The notes: generated from the sequence alone by a model not told the origin. 64,000 nucleotides of DNA from an uncultured Helicobacter sp. (GCA_964630205.1 CAZVTM010000002.1:31235-95234), one strand, 5' to 3'. Numbered from the stretch's first letter, positions 29,640-39,413 are shown. Translations and numbers: made by a program.

Positions 29640-29924
29640 CTAAAATCTTCTCACGCTATCACCAAAAACCCCTCTTTTTGCGACCCTCTCATTTTGTTCA
29701 TTTATCGCCTCGGCGTTTTCCTTTTCCCAAAGAGCCGCCTTTTGTTTTGCCAAAATCTCTTTTTCGATATTTTCAAGCTCTATTACTCTGTTTCTATGGA
29801 TTATAGTCAGCTCAAGCATCTCTTGTTCTTTTGGTTTTATATTGAGGTCTATCTTACCGTCTCTTTGAAGCATTTGCGCAATCGCATCGGACTTTAGATG
29901 CGTAAAAGTACTAAAAGACATCAT
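29640..29924 (-). CDS. ccdA: CcdA-family antitoxin
   Basis: Start set at the ATG at 29924 (GGAGATATAAA RBS). The C-terminal W.KEN.EAI...N..V...G.F.D..R.F matches CcdA. 1-nt gap to ccdB. Confidence 0.8.
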   Translation of the reverse strand: MMSFSTFTHLKSDAIAQMLQRDGKIDLNIKPKEQEMLELTIIHRNRVIELENIEKEILAKQKAALWEKENAEAINEQNERVAKRGVFGDSVRRF

Positions 29925-29938
29925 TTTATATCTCCAAC

Positions 29939-29968
29939 TATCGATACATTTATCGATGATATTATCGA
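29939..29968. promoter_or_regulatory. Three TATCGA(T) repeats at 12-bp spacing upstream of ccdA (putative CcdAB operator)
   Basis: TATCGATA at 29939, TATCGAT at 29951 and TATCGAC at 29963, immediately 5' of the ccdA start on the minus strand. Confidence 0.5.
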
Positions 29969-30048
29969 CAAAAAACTTAAAACACGCCACGCCGCCGCAT
30001 AACCCTAAAATCGCTATAATCACGCAAAAATTACGGCTAGGAAAACAG

Positions 30049-31176
30049 GTGAGCGAACGCATTTTCTTATCAGCCCCGCACATGGGCGGCAATGAACTTA
30101 AATACATACAAGAAGCTTTTGATGCAAACTATATAGCTCCGATAGGTGAGCAGATAACGAAATTTGAAGAGGCGATAAAGACTTATACGGGAGCGAAACA
30201 TGCCGTAGCTCTCTCTAGCGGTACGGCGGCGATACATCTAGCCCTTCGTACGCTTGGTATCAAAGACGGCGATGAGGTGCTGGCTTCATCATTTACCTTT
30301 ATAGGCGGTATCGCTCCTATCATGTATGAGAGATGTACGCCTTTTTTTATTGATTCGGATGAAGATAGTTGGAATATTGACCCATTACTACTCCTTGAGG
30401 CGTTAGAATCACGCAAAAAAAGCGGCAAAATGCCAAAAGCTCTCATCGTAGCCCACCTCTACGGTCAAGCGGCAAAGATGGATGAAATAACGGCGATATG
30501 CGACAAATACGGTGTCGCTATCATAGAAGACGCCGCAGAGTCGCTGGGTGCGACAATAAATGGAAAACACACGGGAACTATCGGCAAGGCAGGGATTTAT
30601 TCGTTTAACGGTAACAAAATCATCACCTCAAGCGGCGGCGGTATGCTTGTAACTGACGATGAGCAAATTGCCAAAGAGGCTAGATTTCTCTCCACGCAGG
30701 CGAAAGAGCCGTACTTGCACTACGAGCACGAGACATTCGGCTACAACTATCGCATGAGCAATATAGTGGCGGCGATAGGCAGAGGGCAGATGGAAGTATT
30801 GCCGCAGAGAGTCGAGAGACGCAGAGAGATTTTTGCCCTTTACCGTGAACTGCTCAAGGATATCCCTGAACTAAAATTTATGCCGGAAATCGCAGGAAGC
30901 CGTGGCAATAGATGGCTTACGACTTTTTATATGGACGCAAAGCTAAAAGCAACTCCAAACGACATCATAAAGGCGCTTGAAGAGCAAAATATCGAGTCAA
31001 GGCCGCTATGGAAACCGATGCATACACAGCCTGTGTTCAAAGATGCGCCGCATATCACAAACGGCTTTTCAGAGATGTTATTTGAAAGAGGTATATGCCT
31101 ACCGTCGGGCTCGTCGATGGATGATGAGGCGGTAATGCTGGTCGCCAAAATAGTGAAGGATGTAGTCCAAAAATGA
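30049..31176 (+). CDS. pglE: UDP-4-keto-6-deoxy-GlcNAc aminotransferase PglE (DegT family)
   Basis: Collinear with C. jejuni PglE from (V)SERIFLSAPHMGGNELKYI. GTG start at 30049 with AGGA upstream. The track's 5' extension overlaps the ccdA promoter. Confidence 0.9.
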   Translation: MSERIFLSAPHMGGNELKYIQEAFDANYIAPIGEQITKFEEAIKTYTGAKHAVALSSGTAAIHLALRTLGIKDGDEVLASSFTFIGGIAPIMYERCTPFFIDSDEDSWNIDPLLLLEALESRKKSGKMPKALIVAHLYGQAAKMDEITAICDKYGVAIIEDAAESLGATINGKHTGTIGKAGIYSFNGNKIITSSGGGMLVTDDEQIAKEARFLSTQAKEPYLHYEHETFGYNYRMSNIVAAIGRGQMEVLPQRVERRREIFALYRELLKDIPELKFMPEIAGSRGNRWLTTFYMDAKLKATPNDIIKALEEQNIESRPLWKPMHTQPVFKDAPHITNGFSEMLFERGICLPSGSSMDDEAVMLVAKIVKDVVQK

Positions 31177-32957
31177 ACCTTTTTACACCTACGCAGACGA
31201 AGCGGGCGCTGTTTTTTATAGTTGCCGATTTTGCATTGTCGCTTGCTAGCTTTTATGCGTCATATCTGCTCCGTTTTAACTTTGAGATACCGCCTCTGTT
31301 TATGGAGAATTTCTGCACGCTCTTTGCCCTGCTCGTCGCTCTCAAGATAGGCTCATTCGTGTTATTTCACGGTTACAAGACGCCGTGGAGATTTTTTGGT
31401 ATCCAAAACCTGCTAAATCTGGTCCGTGCCCATCTGCTAGCATACGCCGCTTTTGCGCTCATTTTTATCGTTTTTTCGGATACGCTAAACCCGTTTCCTC
31501 GCTCGGTGATATTTATAGATTTTGTCTTTTCGGTGTTTTTGCTAGGAGCGCTACGAATCTCAAAAAGGGTTTATATAGAGGCAAAAGCAGAGCGCAAAAA
31601 TCTATGCGTCATCATCGGGGCAACAAATGAAGGAAGCCTCATAGCCTCTCATCTCAAAAGCGGAAGCGGTGAATACTATCCTGTCGCATTCCTCGAAGAT
31701 GACAAACAAAAAATAGGCGGGATGATACACGGCTTTGCGGTACTCGGGCTAAAAGAGCTACAAAACTTTGCCGGCAAAAAAGAGATAAGCACGGCGCTCA
31801 TAGCAAAGCATTTTCACCCAAAAGAGCTTGAACGGCTGATGGATGAGCTAAAAAGCGTCGGAATCGAAAATGTCAAAAAAATATCTCTTTTTGAAAACCA
31901 CACCGACATCAAAGACATCTCAATCGAAGAGCTGCTGGCTCGTGAACCAAAAGACCTAGATACCGAGGCGGTTGCTAGATTTATCGCGGGCAAAAGCGTG
32001 CTCATCACGGGAGCCGGTGGCAGTATCGGTAGCGAAATCACGAGACAATGCGCAAAATTTGGCGCAAAAAAACTGATTTTGGTCGAAAACGGCGAATACA
32101 ACCTCTATAAAATCAGCGATGAGCTTTTCGCATACAACACGGTAAACAAACTCGTAAGCGTGGTGGACAAAGAGACGCTAAAAGGGGTTTTTGAAGAGCA
32201 TCGACCGCAGATAGTCATCCATGCCGCCGCCTACAAGCATGTGCCACTCGCTGAGGAAAACATCGAAGAGACGATAAAGAACAATATATTCGGCACCAAA
32301 AATACGGTGGAGCTCTCAGTTGAATACGGGGTAGAAAAATTTGTCCTCATCTCCACAGACAAGGCGGTGCGCCCTACAAATGTGATGGGGACAACAAAAA
32401 GAGTGTGCGAGCTAATCACCCAAAACATCAAACAAAAATACCCTAACGCAAAGACCGAGATAGCGGCGGTGAGGTTTGGCAATGTGATAGGCAGCTCCGG
32501 TTCTGTAATCCCGAAATTCAAAGAGCAGATAGCAAAAGGGGGGCCTATCACGGTCACACATCCTGACATCGAGAGATACTTTATGCTAATAGACGAGGCG
32601 TGCGCCCTCGTCCTTCAAGCGGCGGCGATAGCGAGGGGTAGCGAGATATTTATCCTTGACATGGGTGAGAGGGTCAGGATAGTCGATGTCGCCAAAAAGA
32701 TGATAGAACTAAGTGGCAAAGGGGATATAGAGATAGTCTTTACCGGACTCCGCCCCGGCGAGAAGCTAATAGAGGAACTTCTAACGGATGAGAGTGCCGC
32801 AAGCACGGAGTATCCCTCCATCACGGTGGCAAAAGAGAGCATATGCGACTACGCAAAACTAGAAAGCACATTAACAAAGCTATTAAACACAGACGATAAG
32901 CTCTCCATACTAAAAGAGCTTGTACCTGAATTTGACCATAAGCTAAACGGAAATTGA
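31173..32957 (+). CDS. pglF: UDP-GlcNAc C6 dehydratase PglF (CapD-like, membrane-anchored)
   Basis: 594 aa with N-terminal TMs, the Rossmann motif VLITGAGGSIGSE, the YKHVP active-site region and GNVIGSSGSVIP. Confidence 0.9.
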   Translation: MNLFTPTQTKRALFFIVADFALSLASFYASYLLRFNFEIPPLFMENFCTLFALLVALKIGSFVLFHGYKTPWRFFGIQNLLNLVRAHLLAYAAFALIFIVFSDTLNPFPRSVIFIDFVFSVFLLGALRISKRVYIEAKAERKNLCVIIGATNEGSLIASHLKSGSGEYYPVAFLEDDKQKIGGMIHGFAVLGLKELQNFAGKKEISTALIAKHFHPKELERLMDELKSVGIENVKKISLFENHTDIKDISIEELLAREPKDLDTEAVARFIAGKSVLITGAGGSIGSEITRQCAKFGAKKLILVENGEYNLYKISDELFAYNTVNKLVSVVDKETLKGVFEEHRPQIVIHAAAYKHVPLAEENIEETIKNNIFGTKNTVELSVEYGVEKFVLISTDKAVRPTNVMGTTKRVCELITQNIKQKYPNAKTEIAAVRFGNVIGSSGSVIPKFKEQIAKGGPITVTHPDIERYFMLIDEACALVLQAAAIARGSEIFILDMGERVRIVDVAKKMIELSGKGDIEIVFTGLRPGEKLIEELLTDESAASTEYPSITVAKESICDYAKLESTLTKLLNTDDKLSILKELVPEFDHKLNGN

Positions 32958-35900
32958 TGAAAGATATTAAAAAACTATTAGACGAGCGCATCGTAGTTAT
33001 CGACGGTGCAATGGGTACGGAGCTTCAAAAGCTCAAAATATCCCCCGAGGTGTGGGATAAATACGAAGGCTGCAATGAATATTTGAACATCTCCGCAAAA
33101 GACGAGATAAGAGGTGTGCACAGAGCGTATTATAGAGCGGGGGCCGACATCTCAAAGTCAAATACATTCGGTTGTCTGCCGTGGGTACTTGATGAATACG
33201 GCCTTAGCCATATGTGCTACGAGCTGACCGTCGAGGGGATCAAAAGGGTCAAAGAGGCGGCGGCGGAACTAGGGCTAGAGGATAGCACATTTGTCGCCTG
33301 CTCTCTTGGACCTGGGACGAAGCTGCCGAGCCTTGGGCATATAGAGTTTGACGAGATGAAAGCCGGATATGAGCTTGCGATAAATGCGGCGATAGACGCT
33401 AAAGCCGACATAATACTGCTAGAGACCTGCCAAGACCCACTCCAGATAAAAGCTGCCCTCATCGGCGCCGAAGATGCCTTTGCGGCAAAAGGGGTGCGAC
33501 TACCCGTCATGGTATCGGCGACTATCGAGATGAACGGTACGATGCTCATAGGTACAGACGCAAAAACTCTTGCTACGATATTAGCCCCTTTTGATATTTT
33601 ATCTCTCGGATTCAACTGCGGCACTGGCCCCGAAGAGGTCGCAAAACATGTCAGGGCGTTAAGCGAAGTATGGAGTGGGCGAATTAGCGTACACGCAAAT
33701 GCCGGTCTACCTCAAAATAGAGGCGGTTTCACTTTTTATCCGATGGGGCCTAGCGAGTTTGCCGCTTTGCAAAAAGCGTTTTGCGATGTGAACGGTATAT
33801 CTATTCTAGGCGGGTGTTGCGGGACAACGCCACAGCATATCCTAGAACTTGCAAAGGAAGTCAAAGACTTCAAGCCAAAGGCGGCAACGGGCAGCCATCC
33901 AAACTCTCTAGCGTCACTATTTGAGAGTTTCACCCTTGTCCAAGAGCCCGCACCTCTGTATATCGGAGAGAGAAGCAACGCCACAGGCTCAAAAGCGTTT
34001 CGTGAGCTTCTCCTTGCAGAAGATTTTGACGGAGTGATGAACATCGCATACGAGCAGGTACGAAGCGGGGCGCATGTGATAGATGTGAGCGTCGCTTTTG
34101 CAGGCAGGGATGAGCGAAAAGATATGAAAGAGGTAGTATCTCGCTATGCCTCGAAGCTAACCTTGCCGCTAATGCCGGACTCCACACAAATAGGCGCTCT
34201 TGAAGTAGCTCTAAAGCTAATAGGGGGTCGCCCTATCGTAAACTCCGTCAATCTTGAAGACGGAATAGAGAAGTTTGACGCCGTGTGCACCCTTGCCAAA
34301 CGCTTTGGGGCGGCACTAGTGTGCTTAACTATCGACGAGCAAGGGATGGCAAAGACCAAGGAGCGAAAGCTAGAAATCGCAGAGAGAATATATGAGCGAG
34401 CGGTAAATCACTTTGGCTTCAAACCCTCCGATCTTGTGTTTGATATGCTCACATTTACAGTGGGGAGCGGCGATAGCGAGTACTTCACGGCAGCTATCGA
34501 GACGATAGAGGCGATACGGGAGTTTCATGCATCGCACCCCGAAGCCGGATTTACGCTAGGGGTCTCCAATATATCATTTGGACTCTCCAAACACTCTAGA
34601 GAGGTATTAAACTCAGTATTTTTGCACCATGCGGTAAAGGCTGGACTCAGCACGGCGATAGTCAATGTCAAAAACACGATTGCCTATCACGCCATATCGG
34701 ACGAAGAGATAAAGCTATGTGAAGACCTACTATTTAATAAAAGAGAAAACGGCGCAGACCCGCTGGGAGCATTTATTGATTATTTTGCAACACAGAGCGG
34801 CGAAGGGGCAAAGACAAAAGATGATTTGGAGGGGCTGGACACACCTACAAAAATCAAAAAGCTCCTAATAGCAGGCGACAAAGAGAGGCTTCTCGCCTTG
34901 CTGCCAACCGCAAAAGACGAAATAGCCGCAGAAAAAATAGTAAACGAACTACTAATCGGCGCAATGAAAGAGGTCGGAGAGCTGTTTGGCGACGGGCGAA
35001 TGCAACTGCCTTTCGTACTCCAATCAGCGGAGACGATGAAAGCGGCGGTCGACTGGCTGGCGCCGTATCTACCAAAGACCGAAAAGACAAGCCAAACTAC
35101 TTTGATACTAGGCACGGTAAAAGGCGATGTGCATGATGTCGGCAAAAATCTAGTGGACATCATCCTTACAAACAACGGCTTTAAAGTCGTAAATATCGGC
35201 ATCAAAGCCGATATTGAGTTATTTATTGAAAAACTTGAAGAGTACTATGCAAGCATTGCGCCGGAGGGTTCGGGAGTGGATAACTCCCGAGATTGCCCTT
35301 CCGAACGCTATGCGCAAGGAAAAGTGGCAATTGGTATGAGCGGGCTACTCGTCAAGTCCACGCAAGTAATGAAAGAAAACCTAGAAGAGCTAAAACGCAA
35401 AGGATATAGCGTACCTGTAATTCTAGGTGGTGCGGCTCTAAATCTTGAGTTTGTGCATGAGTATTGCCGTCCTGTCTATGACGGCGCCGTCATCTACTCT
35501 CGTGATGCTTTTGATGCGATAAAGACGCTTGGCGAGATAGAAAGAGGCGAAGCTATCACGCTAGAAGAGCCATCCCAGACAAGAGCAGAGGCAAAGGTAG
35601 CGGCAAAAGAGGCACAAATCGGCGAAATCATAAAGCCCCAAGTAGAAGCGGTGCCGACACCGCCATTTTGGGGCAGACATGTATGGGAATTTACGGATGC
35701 CGACAAGCTTCTCGCCTTTGAGTGGATAAACCACCGTATGCTTTTCAAAGAGAGATGGGGGTACAAATCCAAAGGGATAGAAAAATCAGAATATGAAATG
35801 CAACTAAAAGAGGTTGTCGAGCCTGCGTATGAGAGACTAAAAAAAGAGTTTTTGGGCGGACTTTTTGCACCTGTGGCTATATACGGCTATTATCCTGCTA

Positions 35901-36487
35901 GGGGAGAGGGTGAAGAGCTGCTCATTTTTGGCGAAAATGAAGGGTGGAGCAAGGACGAAGACGCAAACCGTGAAGATATCCGTGCGATCAGATGTAGGGC
36001 AAACAAAGTCCTCTCTTTCCCAAGGGCGCACAAAACGCCGCGCCGCTCTATCCCTGATTATTTCAGAGCCGATAGACACGACACTATCGCGATGAGTGTC
36101 GTAAGTGTCGGAGATAAGCTCGCAAAATACGAAAAAGAGCTGTTTGACGCCGGCAAATACCACGAATACTACCTTGTCCACGGTCTAGCCGTAGAGCTTG
36201 CGGAGGCGATGGCAGAGATGGTACACAAAAAAGTCAGAGTGGAACTTGGAATACTAAAAAACGAGAGCGCAGATATAAATGAGGTCAAAATGACGGGCTA
36301 TCACGGATGCAGATACTCGTTTGGCTACCCGTCATGCCCTGACCTTGAGATGAACCGCACACTTTTTGAGCTACTTCGCCCAGAAGAGTACGGTGTGACG
36401 CTCTCAGAGACTTGTCAGATAGTCCCCGAGGCGTCCACATCGGCAATCATCGTTCACCACAGCGATGCGCAATACTTCACAATATAA
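32954..36487 (+). CDS. metH: Cobalamin-dependent methionine synthase MetH
   Basis: 1177 aa. Hcy-binding domain, pterin-binding domain, B12 domain (GDVHDVGKN) and AdoMet-activation domain (RYSFGYPSCPDL). Confidence 0.95.
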   Translation: MMKDIKKLLDERIVVIDGAMGTELQKLKISPEVWDKYEGCNEYLNISAKDEIRGVHRAYYRAGADISKSNTFGCLPWVLDEYGLSHMCYELTVEGIKRVKEAAAELGLEDSTFVACSLGPGTKLPSLGHIEFDEMKAGYELAINAAIDAKADIILLETCQDPLQIKAALIGAEDAFAAKGVRLPVMVSATIEMNGTMLIGTDAKTLATILAPFDILSLGFNCGTGPEEVAKHVRALSEVWSGRISVHANAGLPQNRGGFTFYPMGPSEFAALQKAFCDVNGISILGGCCGTTPQHILELAKEVKDFKPKAATGSHPNSLASLFESFTLVQEPAPLYIGERSNATGSKAFRELLLAEDFDGVMNIAYEQVRSGAHVIDVSVAFAGRDERKDMKEVVSRYASKLTLPLMPDSTQIGALEVALKLIGGRPIVNSVNLEDGIEKFDAVCTLAKRFGAALVCLTIDEQGMAKTKERKLEIAERIYERAVNHFGFKPSDLVFDMLTFTVGSGDSEYFTAAIETIEAIREFHASHPEAGFTLGVSNISFGLSKHSREVLNSVFLHHAVKAGLSTAIVNVKNTIAYHAISDEEIKLCEDLLFNKRENGADPLGAFIDYFATQSGEGAKTKDDLEGLDTPTKIKKLLIAGDKERLLALLPTAKDEIAAEKIVNELLIGAMKEVGELFGDGRMQLPFVLQSAETMKAAVDWLAPYLPKTEKTSQTTLILGTVKGDVHDVGKNLVDIILTNNGFKVVNIGIKADIELFIEKLEEYYASIAPEGSGVDNSRDCPSERYAQGKVAIGMSGLLVKSTQVMKENLEELKRKGYSVPVILGGAALNLEFVHEYCRPVYDGAVIYSRDAFDAIKTLGEIERGEAITLEEPSQTRAEAKVAAKEAQIGEIIKPQVEAVPTPPFWGRHVWEFTDADKLLAFEWINHRMLFKERWGYKSKGIEKSEYEMQLKEVVEPAYERLKKEFLGGLFAPVAIYGYYPARGEGEELLIFGENEGWSKDEDANREDIRAIRCRANKVLSFPRAHKTPRRSIPDYFRADRHDTIAMSVVSVGDKLAKYEKELFDAGKYHEYYLVHGLAVELAEAMAEMVHKKVRVELGILKNESADINEVKMTGYHGCRYSFGYPSCPDLEMNRTLFELLRPEEYGVTLSETCQIVPEASTSAIIVHHSDAQYFTI

Positions 36488-36497
36488 AGAGGGATAA

Positions 36498-36932
36498 ATG
36501 GAATACTATCTATGGATAAAAGCTTTTCATGTAATGTCGGTGCTATCGTGGATGGCAATGCTCTTTTACCTACCAAGGCTATTTGTCTACCATGCCGAAA
36601 ACAAAGAAAATGAAGGATTCGTGCGTGTCGTAAAAATCCAAGAGCACAAGCTGTATTACTACATTGGGCACCCTGCGATGATAGCAACGGCGGCGTCTGG
36701 TCTAGCAATGCTATATATCAATCCCGCGATGTTTCACAGCGGCGGCTGGCTACACGCCAAACTGACTTTAGCGGTGCTGATGATAGCCTACCACTACGAC
36801 TGCCGAAGACACCTCAGACTTCTAGCCGAAGACAAGAGCGAAAAAAGCGGTAAATTTTTCCGTGCCTACAACGAAATCCCGACCCTATTAATGATAGGTA
36901 TCGTGATTTTCGTCATAGTCAAGCCGTTTTAG
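36498..36932 (+). CDS. hemJ: Protoporphyrinogen IX oxidase HemJ (UPF0093)
   Basis: 144 aa, 4 TM, with YLWIKAFHV......W....FYLPRLFVYH. Confidence 0.8.
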   Translation: MEYYLWIKAFHVMSVLSWMAMLFYLPRLFVYHAENKENEGFVRVVKIQEHKLYYYIGHPAMIATAASGLAMLYINPAMFHSGGWLHAKLTLAVLMIAYHYDCRRHLRLLAEDKSEKSGKFFRAYNEIPTLLMIGIVIFVIVKPF

Positions 36933-37572
36933 TCTCTACCCTTACCGTTCCCTTTTCCGGGGCGGTCATCATCATCTTTATCTTTGCCTTTATGTTTCTC
37001 TTTTTTGTGTTTTTTGCCCCTAAAGTCGTTGTCCATATCGGCATAGCTTCTGCCACTCCTACGATACTCGATAGCCTCATCCTCACCGACACCGTATCTT
37101 GAGGCAAAAAATTTCGCGTTTACCACCTCTACGACTTCAACATCTTTTAGCTTTCGACCTTTTTATGATAGCCGTAAGCCTTGCCGTGAGGAGGTCCTTT
37201 GTGCTTATTTGTTTCTATGACATATATTTTTTCAGGCTGAAGCCCAAGTGCCAATGTCACATCCCACCAATTTTTCCCGTCATTTTTTAATCTGGCTATA
37301 TAATCAGCATTTTTTCCTGACTTTCTAGCCAAAAAATAAACAACCGATAGCTCATCCTCAGACAAAGAGCGCTTAATTATCTTCACCTCTTCTGCAGGGG
37401 CTTTGTAGTATTCGCCGACAGATAGAGAAAATCCGCTTATCCCCTTATCCGAACCAGACAAACTCAAATCGAAATTAGCGGCCGACAATGAACACGCCAG
37501 TGCGGAAGCCAAAACTATAGAACAAGTTATTTTTTCATTGATACCCCTCCAACTAAGGCAAAATAGTGGCAA
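36929..37572 (-). pseudogene. Periplasmic Lys/Gly-rich repeat protein, apparently frameshifted twice at A-tracts
   Basis: GGAGGGG RBS plus an ATG at about 37544 is out of frame. A6 (37530-37535) as A7 would give MKKITCSIVLASALACSLSA. An A5 run (37160-37164) as A6 would fuse the 141-aa ORF to the 65-aa downstream ORF, which repeats the same module. Confidence 0.5.
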
Positions 37573-37599
37573 TCCATGCCCAGAAATTATTATATGTTT

Positions 37600-38626
37600 T
37601 TAGGCTTTATCTATCGTTTTCGCATACTCTTTGGGACTCATACCGTACCATTTTTTGAAAGCCCGCAGGAATGCGCTAAGCTCAGAATATCCGAGACATA
37701 CTGCAATGGTAGTGGCATCTGCGCCTTTTGATAGATAATGAAGCGCCAATTTTTGTCTCACCTCCGACAGTACCGCCGCAAAACTCGTATCGTCTTCTTG
37801 CAGCTTTTTTTGGAGGCTTCTTGGATGAAGCCCCATTTTTGCCGCAACATCTTGCAAAGAAAACTCAAAACCGTCCATCGATGCCAAGATAATGCCGGCA
37901 ACTTCATCTTTGATGCTACCGTGAAAATAGAGCCCAAGAGATTTTTGGGCCTCTGCCTCAAATATTTTCAAAAGCGACGGATTTTGATGTATCGTCTCCA
38001 CCTCAAGAGCCTCTTTTGAGAATATAACCGCATTTTTATCCTCGTCAAAATACAGTTTTTCGCCAAATATCCGTTTGTATTCGCTCATATCCGCAGGCCG
38101 AGAATGTCTAAATGTTGCGTATTTTGGGGTTATTTTTGCCGATGCGACCTTGTTGAGAAGACTTAATGCAGATGAGAGATGAATCTCGGATTGGTATCTA
38201 CCTAGATGAAGCCACTCCGAACCGTCTTTGATATAGAAACTTAGTTTGTATCTGTTTTTTGTCTCAGCCAATACCGGCTTTAGCGTAGCGCCTATTAGCG
38301 GATAGTATTTGCAAAGTTTTTGGAGCGTTTCGCCTATATTTTTTGAATGAAGCAGCAGGTAGCCCAGAATACCGAGCGAATGAGGGTTTGCCCGCTCCAC
38401 CTAACTTGAAAGATAGATTGGTGTCATCCGTGAAAATAGTGATGGCTTCAAAGAGTTCGCCCAAAAACGACACCTTTACCCTTGCATTGGGAGCCTGTAA
38501 CTCAGGTATCGAAGTCCCTCTATCCGCTAGAAATTTTTCCGCATCAAAACCGTAGCTTCTTTGTAAAAACATCAATATATGCCATAAAGCTTCGGCAGCA
38601 ACCGTTCTATCTTTTTTTGTTCGCAA
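37600..38626 (-). pseudogene. AraC-family transcriptional regulator, frameshifted between sensor and rest
   Basis: The C-terminal HTH_AraC (..LGYSELSAFLRAFKKWYGMSP) lies in the 266-aa ORF. The N-terminal 80 aa lie in the overlapping 120-aa ORF. The frames meet at about 38395-38403 (..SFKLGG | ERANPHSLGILGY), and removing one G restores a single ORF. Confidence 0.65.
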
Positions 38627-38710
38627 AATGTCAACCTTTATTCACAAAAAGTCATTACGTTTTTGTTTTGCCTATTATACAATCACATAAAGTTGACAAA
38701 AGGCGAAAAA

Positions 38711-39091
38711 ATGGGCAAACATGATACACAAGTTGAAGATAGATATGTCAGTTTTATGAACATAGACTGCTACAAGCATGCTTCAGAAGTTATAGACTGC
38801 ATAATAGAGGTTACCAAAGACCCAAAATATAATAATCTGTTTTGGGATGCATTCAAAGCCAAAATACCAGAGGCTTACTACAACAAAGCACCCGACGAAA
38901 AAGTCCTTTATCTAGTTTGTGCCTCGGTGTTTTATATCGAAGAACTATTTGAAGATAGCGAGTACAATATGACTGCTGCTAATCCCTGTGCCCTGACTAT
39001 AAAAACTCACCGCTATGATATAGCCATCTGCCGTTTTCTCTTACAAAACGGCTCTTCTCATGTAGTATCCCATCCGATAGCTTCGCCTTGA
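38711..39091 (+). CDS. Hypothetical protein
   Basis: ATG at 38711 (MGKHDTQ...). The last 31 codons run antisense through the 3' end of the convergent SEC-C gene, so the true C-terminus is doubtful. Confidence 0.4.
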   Translation: MGKHDTQVEDRYVSFMNIDCYKHASEVIDCIIEVTKDPKYNNLFWDAFKAKIPEAYYNKAPDEKVLYLVCASVFYIEELFEDSEYNMTAANPCALTIKTHRYDIAICRFLLQNGSSHVVSHPIASP

Positions 39092-39413
39092 ACTCCACAA
39101 AAGCCTCATCTTCACCCTCGATAAAGTCCAATACTTCAAGGCCCAAAAACTCCGTAGAGTCGCAAAAACGCTCTATCTCTTTCGCCCATGCGGCTCTATC
39201 CTCTTTGAAGTCCTGATTTTGCGGATGGGTCGTTCGTATGATGTAGCTAGAATCCCCCGCCGCATAGGCGGAGTATCTAGTCACCATGAGTTTGAGCGCA
39301 TCCGCCGCCTCTACGCGGTCGTGGTACACCTCGCAACATTTTTTATACTTTAGCCTACTGCCACACGGGCATTTTGAGTTTGGGGTTATTTTCATTTTGT
39401 ATCCTTGTCCCAA
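38997..39413 (-). CDS. SEC-C motif / YchJ (UPF0225) family protein
   Basis: 138 aa with an N-terminal CPCGS..KYKKCC SEC-C zinc motif followed by an NTF2-like body. Confidence 0.75.
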   Translation of the reverse strand: MGQGYKMKITPNSKCPCGSRLKYKKCCEVYHDRVEAADALKLMVTRYSAYAAGDSSYIIRTTHPQNQDFKEDRAAWAKEIERFCDSTEFLGLEVLDFIEGEDEAFVEFKAKLSDGILHEKSRFVRENGRWLYHSGEFL

